Source of the DNA: Bacillota bacterium
GTDB taxonomy: Bacteria; Bacillota_I; Bacilli_A; RF39; UBA660
Direction: 5' to 3'
Length of the DNA: 64,000 bases
Assembly (NCBI GenBank): GCA_015059485.1
Contig: SVAH01000005.1
Coordinates: 621-64,620 of the forward strand
The position numbers and the translations under genes were made by a program. The stretch's first letter is position 1, and each line of letters begins with the position of its first letter. Below the pieces are notes generated by a model. It saw only the letters and a program-made list of their open reading frames with translations, was not told the DNA's origin and did not search any database. Positions 9,824 through 18,019 of this stretch are shown piece after piece.

Positions 9824-10720
9824 CTAACATAATTTTATTTTTACAATACATCCCTCTAATTCTTTAGTATCATAAATTACAAAATCATTATTTGATTTTA
9901 TTACTAGAAAAGTTCCAATAACGTTCGCTATTTTACCATATATACTATCATAATGCAACAAATAGTTAATGTCATATATGTTTTCAATATTATCCTCAAG
10001 AAGAGATAACTGAATATCATTTGCCGAAAAAATACTTTTATTTATTTTATTAATTTTTTCACAATAATTAATTTCGGGAGAAATTAAAAATTTTTTCAAA
10101 GTATCAGGAATGTCATTCATAATATTGTTGTAATGTTTTTTTAAAATATTTTCAATTTCGATTCGATCCTTATCAATTACTAAATTCTTCAATTTAAATG
10201 ATGAATTTACTTGAAGTACATATCCTAATTTTGATATTGTATGTTCAATAAATCTTGCTTGTTTACCATCTGGTGTTTCTGCAATAAACATTGATGCTAT
10301 AGCACCTTGTTCAAGTATTCTTGAATATTTTCTATATTCTGCAGCTGTCCCAACCTTAAATTTATTATTTCCAAACAAAGCTATATACACAACATGTTTT
10401 TGATTACAAAATTCTTTTGCAATACTATTAGTAGTTCTGCAATATTTACCATCACATCCAAGACATTCATTAAATCCAGTAATATTTGAACATGTTTCAC
10501 ATTGTTTAACATTATCTGACTTACAACTATTAAAATTTGGACATACAACATATTTATGTGTAACTAAATCATAATAACCATTACATTTTTTAAGACCTTC
10601 TTTTTTTATATCTATAATTCCTTCAGCCTTTTTGTATTCAATAATATTGTGTTCATAATCATATAAAATAAAATTTGGAATATTATTTATCCATTTTATT
10701 CCTTTAAATTGTCTTAACAT
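9824..10720 (-). CDS. DUF2797-like protein (Cys cluster plus HxxYxA…KVG…R..EQGA)
   Basis: CP…QCETC…C.GC…C…C Cys cluster followed by HVVYIALFGNNKFKVGT and RILEQGA. Confidence 0.7.
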   Translation of the reverse strand: MLRQFKGIKWINNIPNFILYDYEHNIIEYKKAEGIIDIKKEGLKKCNGYYDLVTHKYVVCPNFNSCKSDNVKQCETCSNITGFNECLGCDGKYCRTTNSIAKEFCNQKHVVYIALFGNNKFKVGTAAEYRKYSRILEQGAIASMFIAETPDGKQARFIEHTISKLGYVLQVNSSFKLKNLVIDKDRIEIENILKKHYNNIMNDIPDTLKKFLISPEINYCEKINKINKSIFSANDIQLSLLEDNIENIYDINYLLHYDSIYGKIANVIGTFLVIKSNNDFVIYDTKELEGCIVKIKLC

Positions 10721-10866
10721 AACATCACCCAAACCAATTATAATTATACCATTTAAATATAATATATATAAATTTTTAACAAATATAATTCAATTTTTTT
10801 ATCAATAATTAAATAAACTTAAAACATATTATAACATTATATTTATTTTCAATTTAATTATTTCTG

Positions 10867-10900
10867 AATTGGTCAGTCACAACTGACCAATTATTTTTTT
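10867..10900 (+). terminator. perfect 11-bp hairpin plus T tract (orphan terminator or operator)
   Basis: AATTGGTCAGT-CACA-ACTGACCAATT followed by ATTTTTTT. Confidence 0.55.
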
Positions 10901-10924
10901 ACATTTTGTTAATTACTTTTTTAT

Positions 10925-10970
10925 AAAAAAATCGAACTATAAAAGTTCGAATAAAATCAATCTGGAGCAA
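10925..10970 (-). repeat. tRNA-Gly 3' end (TTGCTCCA) plus terminator hairpin; copy 2 of the repeat
   Basis: minus strand: TTGCTCCA-N12-TCGAACTTTTATAGTTCGA-TTTTTT; the 8 nt equal the 3' end of the tRNA at 12571. Confidence 0.7.
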
Positions 10971-11097
10971 TTGTGTATCTCGTTTGAGAAACAATTACCG
11001 ACAAATGCAATGAGATAAAACTTAATTACATATTAAATATATCACATTATAGGGAAAGAGTAAATAACATGAAAATGATATTTAGATAAAATAGTGA

Positions 11098-11344
11098 GTG
11101 GGATATTGATTTTAAAAGTTTTTATTTGATAAGAATTTAATCCCGCACTTAATCCCACTAAAAATCATTATAAAATAAGAAAAATTAAAGTATATAATCC
11201 CACAACAGTGGGACAATTTTGCATGTGCAAAATAAGTTTGAAATCACACAGAAGTCTTATGTAATAAGGCTTTATTTAATGTGTTGATATCATTCTCTTA
11301 TGCTCTTGTAAAATTATTCAATATATTTCATAATTTGTGGGATT
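11098..11344. repeat. cluster of six ATCCCAC/GTGGGAT-type motifs (integrase arm-site-like)
   Basis: GTGGGAT 11098, AATCCCGC 11139, AATCCCAC 11151, AATCCCAC 11196, GTGGGAC 11208, GTGGGATT 11337. Confidence 0.6.
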
Positions 11345-11419
11345 TTTATAAAAATATTAAAATAATTTATTAATTAACAAAATATGTGATATAATATACA
11401 ACTAATCGGGGGAAATTTT

Positions 11420-12346
11420 ATGGTATTAATTGAAAACACTCAAGAAAATGGTTATACAGATCTATTATTAGAAATAAAAGAGTTTTATAATCATATTATA
11501 GATGAAACAATAGAATTAATGAACTTATATGGTTGTAGTACACCACTTGAAATATACTGTTTATTTAATTTGATAAATAGCTTCTATGTTAAAGATGATG
11601 AAATATTTAATCTTTTATATATGAAAGATAAACCAGTTTATTCTAAAGAACTAGAAAATGATGAAATAAAAGGAGTTCAAGTGCTTTTAAATGGTGGCGT
11701 ATGTCGACATAGATCAGCAATGTTAAATGATATATATAAGAGAATGGGTATTGATTCTGTTATTCTTGCTGGACGCTCAGAAACACTTTTAAATTTTCAT
11801 TATGGAAATTCATTAAACAAACAAATAGCAGATAGAGTTTATGTTGAAAATATGCTAAGAAAAATATCTGAAGGGGCAAGGATTGAAGAATTTAAAAATA
11901 ACTTAAAAAAGAGAAAAATATCATATCATATTCAAGATGTTCATGATGACTATTTTGATAAACATAAAAAAAGGCCTAATCATGCAATTGTTATGGTTGG
12001 TGATAATAAAAGATACTATTTAGATCCAATGAATAATGTTACCTATTATAAAGATGATAGAGATGTTGTAACATTACGAAATCGTTCTGGGCTTTATTTC
12101 TTTTCATCTCCTCAAATTAATAAATTCTTTTGGGGGTGCTGGTTAGGCAAAAATCAAGAGTTAGTAGAAACATATGATAGAATTCTTCAATTACCAAGTG
12201 TTATTGAATCTGAAACTATACAAAATATTAAAGAAATATATTCATATTTAAAACAATTTAAAGAAGACATAGAAGAATTTACAAAAAGCAAATCAGACTC
12301 TATTGAAGAAACTAGAAAAAAATGCTTAACTTTACCAACAAAGTAG
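11420..12346 (+). CDS. transglutaminase/papain-like cysteine-triad protein
   Basis: GVCRH…MGI, NHAIV and YLDP give a Cys-His-Asp triad in TGase-like spacing; own extended -10 promoter and terminator. Confidence 0.65.
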   Translation: MVLIENTQENGYTDLLLEIKEFYNHIIDETIELMNLYGCSTPLEIYCLFNLINSFYVKDDEIFNLLYMKDKPVYSKELENDEIKGVQVLLNGGVCRHRSAMLNDIYKRMGIDSVILAGRSETLLNFHYGNSLNKQIADRVYVENMLRKISEGARIEEFKNNLKKRKISYHIQDVHDDYFDKHKKRPNHAIVMVGDNKRYYLDPMNNVTYYKDDRDVVTLRNRSGLYFFSSPQINKFFWGCWLGKNQELVETYDRILQLPSVIESETIQNIKEIYSYLKQFKEDIEEFTKSKSDSIEETRKKCLTLPTK

Positions 12347-12570
12347 AAATAATTTCTACTTTTTTTATGGTCAAAATTATGGTTGGTTTTAAATTGACTT
12401 AATCGTAGATGTTATTATACCTAATTTAAACTTATTTGATATATTTTTAGAATTATCAATGGCTTTAATAATATTTAACATATCATCACACCTTTCTTAA
12501 ACACAAAAAAACTTAATTATTTCTAATTAAGCTTTATCTCAACATCGGTTGTTCCGACGATTTTTACATA

Positions 12571-12645
12571 TGGAGCAAGTGAGGAGGATCGAACTCCCAT
12601 CTCAACCTTGGCAAGGTCGTATACTAACCATTGTACTACACCTGC
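12571..12645 (-). tRNA. tRNA-Gly (GCC)
   Basis: GCAGGTG/CACTTGC acceptor stem, anticodon arm CGACC-TTGCCAA-GGTTG, GTTCGA T-loop, encoded CCA. Confidence 0.97.
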
Positions 12646-12746
12646 ATGCAATAAAATAATAACAAATTTAAATAATTTTTGCAATAGAAATTGTAAATTT
12701 TCTATATTATTGTTATAATTAAAAATAGTAAGAAGGGAATTTATGT

Positions 12747-14801
12747 ATGAAAAAGAAATTAAGTAGTATTCTGAAATCTTCAAGAAGATCGATTGCATTA
12801 TATTTAACTTCAAATCGATTATTTTTTGCATATGTGGTGTTAGCACTTATAGGAACAATTTTAATTAGAAATTTTACAATTGGATCACCATTTAGTTTTA
12901 AACCTTTAATATCTGATTTAGGAGCAATACTTTTAATAGGAGCATTTGGATATATAAAAAAAACTAAAAAACGTTACAAGTATTATTTAACATGTTTGAT
13001 AATATTTACAATTATGGAAATTGTAAACTCAGTATATTATACGTTTTATGTTTCGTTTTCTTCATTTGGAGAACTTGCAAGTTTAGGACAAGTAAAAACA
13101 GTAACAGGTTCTTTATATGAAAAATTTAAACTTGTTGATTTTGTATACATATTAATTCCAATTACATTTTGTTATATTCATAGAAAAATTAATTCTACAT
13201 ATTATTACGATATTATTAAAAAAATTGAAGTTAGAAAGAAAATGGTATTATGTACTATTTTAACAAGTTTGCTTTGTTTCTCATATACATTTATAACTGC
13301 TACTAGAACAGATTATAGTAGACTTGCTAAACAATGGAATAGAGTTTATATAGTTGAACGCTTTGGAATAATTGTTTATCAGACAAATGATTTAGTTCAA
13401 AGTTTAAAACCAAAATTAAGTAGTTTATTTGGATATGAGGAATCTGCTAAATTATTCCATGAATATTTTGATAACATGTCAGAAGAAGAAAAATATAATG
13501 GTAAGAATGAATATACGAATATATTAGATGGTTATAATGTAGTTTTAGTACATATGGAAAGCTTACAATCATATTTAATGGATGTATCGTTTAATGGACA
13601 AGACGTTGTTCCAACTACTAAAAAGTTAGCTAGTGAAGGAATGTTTTTTAAAAAATTTTATCCACAAATAAGTACAGGTACTTCATCAGATACGGAATTT
13701 ACATTAGCATCTTCTTTAATGCCAGCAAGTAGTGGAGCAGTATTTGTGTCGTATTATGATAGAAATTATATAACACTGCAAAAACTATTAAAACAAAAAG
13801 GATATTATACATTTAGTTCTCATGGAAATTATGCTTCAATGTGGAATAGAGATAAGGCACATCCATCTTTAGGATATGAAGATATGTTCTTTGAAGAATC
13901 ATATGAATATACGGATGCTGATGTAATAAACTTAGGAATAAATGATGAAAAGTTCTTTGAACAATTGGTACCTAAACTTGAAAATATTGAAGATACTCAT
14001 CCAAATTATATGGGAACAGTTATAACATTATCTAATCATTCACCATTTATATTTCAAGATAAATATGGTGAATATGATATGTCTACAACTTATATAGATG
14101 AAAATGGTCAAGAAAAGAAAACTAATTATTTAGATGGAACATCAGTTGGAAATTATATTACAAGTGTTCATTATGCGGATAAAGCAATGGGACAATTTGT
14201 AGATTATATTAATAAATCAGATCATTTTAATAATACAATATTTGTATTCTATGGAGATCATGATGCTAAACTTACTCGTAAAGAAATTAATTACTTATAC
14301 AATTATAATCCGAAAACCGGAGAGGAATATGAAGAGGGAGATAAAGAATATAAAGAGTATAGTTATTATGACCATGAGATGAATAAAAATACACCATTGA
14401 TACTATGGACTAAGAATCCAACTTTAAAGAAAAAGATTAATAAACAGATTAATTACACAATGGGTATGTATGATGTAATGCCAACTCTTGGAAATATGCT
14501 TGGAATTGAAAATAAATATGCACTTGGTCATGATATATTCAATATAAAAGATGATAATGTAGTAGTATTTCCAAATGGTAATTTTTTAACAGGAAAAGTT
14601 TATTATAATAATTCAACTGGTGAATACTATGTTTATAATAATAGTGTAATAGATGATGAATATATAACAAAGTATAAAGATTATGCTGAAAAACTTCTTG
14701 ATGTATCAAACTCTATAATAGTTCATGATTTAATATATAAAGAAGGCACAGATATAGATGTATTAAAGAATGATAGTAGTAAGGAGAATAATAATGAGTA
14801 A
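12747..14801 (+). CDS. ltaS: LTA synthase family protein
   Basis: five N-terminal TM segments plus sulfatase-like domain (HMESLQ, GTSSDTEF, TLSNHSPF, YGDH). Confidence 0.9.
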   Translation: MKKKLSSILKSSRRSIALYLTSNRLFFAYVVLALIGTILIRNFTIGSPFSFKPLISDLGAILLIGAFGYIKKTKKRYKYYLTCLIIFTIMEIVNSVYYTFYVSFSSFGELASLGQVKTVTGSLYEKFKLVDFVYILIPITFCYIHRKINSTYYYDIIKKIEVRKKMVLCTILTSLLCFSYTFITATRTDYSRLAKQWNRVYIVERFGIIVYQTNDLVQSLKPKLSSLFGYEESAKLFHEYFDNMSEEEKYNGKNEYTNILDGYNVVLVHMESLQSYLMDVSFNGQDVVPTTKKLASEGMFFKKFYPQISTGTSSDTEFTLASSLMPASSGAVFVSYYDRNYITLQKLLKQKGYYTFSSHGNYASMWNRDKAHPSLGYEDMFFEESYEYTDADVINLGINDEKFFEQLVPKLENIEDTHPNYMGTVITLSNHSPFIFQDKYGEYDMSTTYIDENGQEKKTNYLDGTSVGNYITSVHYADKAMGQFVDYINKSDHFNNTIFVFYGDHDAKLTRKEINYLYNYNPKTGEEYEEGDKEYKEYSYYDHEMNKNTPLILWTKNPTLKKKINKQINYTMGMYDVMPTLGNMLGIENKYALGHDIFNIKDDNVVVFPNGNFLTGKVYYNNSTGEYYVYNNSVIDDEYITKYKDYAEKLLDVSNSIIVHDLIYKEGTDIDVLKNDSSKENNNE

Positions 14802-15462
14802 GAAGAAAAAAGATGAAATTAAAATAAAAATGTTAAAAAAATATAAAATTCCATTAATAATACTATTTCTTTTGATAGTAATATGTGTCTCACTTTTAAT
14901 AGCAAAGCATTATCTATTTGATAAAGATAGAAATAAGCCAACAGTTTATAGTTCAATATTAGATAGCATGGAGAGTTATGGATATACTTTAGATAACCAA
15001 GATAGTAAATTGTTTAAAGATACTTATTATGAGTTAAAGAAAATATTAGATGCAGATGAAATTGATTATGACGCATATAGTCAAAAATTAAGTGAACTAT
15101 TTATAATTGATTTATATACTATTGATACTAAAATAAACAGATTTGATGTAGGTGGTGTAGAATATCTTTATGAAAATGAAAAAGAAATGTTTAAAAATAA
15201 AGTTATGGATACATTATATGAATCATTAGAAGATAATTCTTATGGTACTAGAAAACAAGAGCTGCCAAGTGTAAAAAAATTAATATTAGAAGATAGTAAA
15301 AAAGTAGATTACAAAATAGATGATAAAAAGCTAAATGGTATTAAGTATACATATACTATAGAATATGAAAAAGATTTAGGATACGATAAAAATATAGAAA
15401 TTATAGCTGTAAAAGATAGTGAGAAAGTCTTTATAGTAGAATTTGCACCAGTAAAAAAATAG
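14794..15462 (+). CDS. single-TM hypothetical protein
   Basis: AGGAG SD, overlaps the ltaS stop; basic N-terminus followed by a TM helix. Confidence 0.8.
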   Translation: MSKKKKDEIKIKMLKKYKIPLIILFLLIVICVSLLIAKHYLFDKDRNKPTVYSSILDSMESYGYTLDNQDSKLFKDTYYELKKILDADEIDYDAYSQKLSELFIIDLYTIDTKINRFDVGGVEYLYENEKEMFKNKVMDTLYESLEDNSYGTRKQELPSVKKLILEDSKKVDYKIDDKKLNGIKYTYTIEYEKDLGYDKNIEIIAVKDSEKVFIVEFAPVKK

Positions 15463-15464
15463 AT

Positions 15465-16322
15465 TTAATATCTATTTTTTTTAATTCTTTTATTTATGAA
15501 TTCTTCAATATATTCAAATTCAATATTAGTATTTATTAATTTATCTACATCTTCATAGTCTATTTTTCCTTTATAGAAATCTTGATAATAGTCTTTGAGT
15601 TCAAATGGCTCATCAAAGAAATCTATCATATCTTGATTAAATAAAAATTCTAGAGTTAAACATGAAATACCAAATGTAGAGTCGTAATAGTATGTTTCAT
15701 TAAAACTTTCAGTATATGCAGTGCTTTTGCCATCTAAATCTATAATAGTAGGTTCTAATTTAAAATCAATAATTATATTATTATGTTGATGATCAGAATC
15801 TATTTTATTATATAAATCATATGGATAGATATTATTAGCAATTAATTCTTTAAATTTCATTAATATCTTTTGTATAATTATTAATTTTTTCCTTTCGGGT
15901 AAAAATTTAAAAAAGTCAATCGGAATATTAGGCCTACAATTTTTTAAAATACATCCTCTAAAAGAATTATCTATGTAACATGGAGCAAGTGGAAGATATG
16001 TTAAATTAATTTTTTCTTGTTTAATATTAGCCATTTCAATTAAATCTTTATATCCTAAACGTAAACCTTCTTCGTTGTAACATCTTGATTGAAATTTGAA
16101 AGTATTAATAAATTTTTGAGGCTTATCTGTTTTTATTATTTCATCATTTGATGACTTAATGTTAGATTGAGGTAATTTATATAATTTTAAAAGTAAATTT
16201 TTGTTTATTCTATATACATTGGCATCAGTGCCTTTGCCAATTATTTTTAATTTACTTACTTGATTAGAATTTAAATTTGAAAAATGCATTGCTTCATTTC
16301 TTAAAACATCAATATTTTTCAT
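15465..16322 (-). CDS. divergent protein kinase-like protein
   Basis: IIGKGTDANVY Gly loop, LLKLY, YPYDLY…NNIII catalytic-loop-like segment, IIDLDG; GGAGG SD before ATG 16322. Confidence 0.7.
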   Translation of the reverse strand: MKNIDVLRNEAMHFSNLNSNQVSKLKIIGKGTDANVYRINKNLLLKLYKLPQSNIKSSNDEIIKTDKPQKFINTFKFQSRCYNEEGLRLGYKDLIEMANIKQEKINLTYLPLAPCYIDNSFRGCILKNCRPNIPIDFFKFLPERKKLIIIQKILMKFKELIANNIYPYDLYNKIDSDHQHNNIIIDFKLEPTIIDLDGKSTAYTESFNETYYYDSTFGISCLTLEFLFNQDMIDFFDEPFELKDYYQDFYKGKIDYEDVDKLINTNIEFEYIEEFINKRIKKNRY

Positions 16323-16444
16323 ACAGTTACCTCCAGTTAATGCATATAATAGCATAAATAATATTTAAATTAAATATAATAATATAAAATGATTTTGTGT
16401 TTGATTGTAAATTGAGATATAATTAAAAAAAAGGATGTGATATT

Positions 16445-16954
16445 GTGTTTAATTTTTTTAAAAAACAACAAACTGAAGAATTAGAAATAGATTATGATTT
16501 TGTAGTAGGCAGAATAAATGAAATAGAAAGTCAACTTGAGGCATTAAAAAATGCTACAATAGCTTCATGTTATGATATAAATCCAGGAGCACTTGAATCA
16601 TTTGGAGGATTAAAGCTTGCTGCTATAAGAGATAAAACTTCTACAGAAAGTGAGATAAACAATAAGAGAAAAATTTTTTTAAGACAATTTCATAATAAAG
16701 AAGAATATAAAACAATGCAAAATGAAGTGGACTATATATTATCTTATTTATATAATAAAAGTTATTCAAGTGTTAAAGAAAAACTATCTGAAAATATAGA
16801 TGTTAAATTAAAAAATTTTATAGATGAAGTTAAGCCACTTGTTGAGACTTTATCAGCAGATAATTTAATGATTAATGAGTTAGATAATTTAGAGATTGAA
16901 TATAATAATTTGGTTAGTTTAAAAAATAAATATGAGAGATCTCATAAAAGATAA
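16445..16954 (+). CDS. hypothetical helical/coiled-coil protein
   Basis: GTG start with SD and promoter; no recognised motif. Confidence 0.7.
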   Translation: MFNFFKKQQTEELEIDYDFVVGRINEIESQLEALKNATIASCYDINPGALESFGGLKLAAIRDKTSTESEINNKRKIFLRQFHNKEEYKTMQNEVDYILSYLYNKSYSSVKEKLSENIDVKLKNFIDEVKPLVETLSADNLMINELDNLEIEYNNLVSLKNKYERSHKR

Positions 16955-16972
16955 AAATATTTTAAAAAAATA

Positions 16973-17080
16973 TTGACTTATATAAGTTTTAATGTTATAT
17001 TAATTACGATTTTTAAGTGGGTTCTATCCTTAGATGGAACCTAATTTAATGGAAAATATGATACACCAGGATGTGTGTTA
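16973..17080 (+). promoter_or_regulatory. str operon promoter and structured leader
   Basis: TTGACT-N17-TATATT with TG extension; hairpin GGTTCTATC-CTTA-GATGGAACC (17020-41); ACACCAGGATGTGT element. Confidence 0.6.
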
Positions 17081-17101
17081 ATGGAAGGGAGGATATTATT
17101 A

Positions 17102-17518
17102 ATGCCAACAATTAACCAATTAGTTAGAAAAAACAGACAAAAGAAAACTAAAAAGAGTAAAAGTCCAGTATTAAACATAGGATTCAATACACTTGAAAGA
17201 AAACAAACTGAGACTTCAAGTCCTCAAAAAAGAGGAGTATGTACTCGTGTAGGAACAAAAACACCAAAGAAACCAAACTCAGCATTAAGAAAATATGCAC
17301 GTGTTAGACTTTCTAATGGTAAAGAAGTTGATACTTATATTCCAGGAGAAGGACACAACTTACAAGAACATAGTGTTGTATTAGTTCGTGGTGGACGTGT
17401 TAAAGACTTAATCGGTGTTCGTTATCACATTGTACGTGGAACATTAGATACTCAAGGTGTTAATAACAGAAAACAAGGACGTAGTAAATACGGAACAAAA
17501 AAACCAAAAGGTAATTAA
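17102..17518 (+). CDS. rpsL: 30S ribosomal protein S12
   Basis: [24 protein letters not shown](I)GVRYH; has the Firmicute insertion. Confidence 0.98.
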   Translation: MPTINQLVRKNRQKKTKKSKSPVLNIGFNTLERKQTETSSPQKRGVCTRVGTKTPKKPNSALRKYARVRLSNGKEVDTYIPGEGHNLQEHSVVLVRGGRVKDLIGVRYHIVRGTLDTQGVNNRKQGRSKYGTKKPKGN

Positions 17519-17542
17519 TAAATAATAAGGAAGGAGAAAATT

Positions 17543-18010
17543 ATGCGTAAGAGAAGAGCAGTTAAAAGAGACGTACTTGCAGATCCAGTGTATAATTCAA
17601 AAGTTGTTACTAAATTAGTAAATCAAATTATGCAAGATGGTAAAAAAGGTACAGCTCAAAAGATTTTATATGAAGCATTTGATTTAATAGCTGAAAAAAC
17701 TGGAAAATCAGCTATGGATGTTTTTAATGAAGCATTAGAAAATATCAAACCAGCTTTAGAAGTAAAATCAAGACGTGTTGGTGGTTCTAATTATCAAGTT
17801 CCTATCGAAGTTTCTGAAGATAGAAGTCAAGCACTAGCACTTCGTTGGTTAATCAATTATGCTAAACTAAGAAACGGAAGAGGAATGGCCGTTAATTTAG
17901 CAAACGAAATTATGGATGCTGCCGCTGGAACAGGTGGAGCAGTTAAGAAACGTGAGGATACTCACAAAATGGCAGAAGCAAATAAAGCATTTGCTCATTA
18001 TAGATGGTAG
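17543..18010 (+). CDS. rpsG: 30S ribosomal protein S7
   Basis: [12 protein letters not shown] and [15 protein letters not shown]. Confidence 0.98.
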   Translation: MRKRRAVKRDVLADPVYNSKVVTKLVNQIMQDGKKGTAQKILYEAFDLIAEKTGKSAMDVFNEALENIKPALEVKSRRVGGSNYQVPIEVSEDRSQALALRWLINYAKLRNGRGMAVNLANEIMDAAAGTGGAVKKREDTHKMAEANKAFAHYRW

Positions 18011-18019
18011 GTGTTATAA

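Noticed and set aside
10963-11008. Minus-strand fold GCATTTGT…hairpin…ACAATTGC-TCCA resembling a mini tRNA
   Set aside because: No D-arm, anticodon arm or TTC loop; an alternative simple hairpin explains the pairing. Treated only as a displaced tRNA 3' end.
12389-12481. 30-aa minus-strand ORF with an SD downstream of tRNA-Gly
   Set aside because: No recognisable motif; at most a gene remnant in the island.
12523-12846. 107-aa ORF on the minus strand
   Set aside because: Overlaps tRNA-Gly and the ltaS start; a shadow frame.
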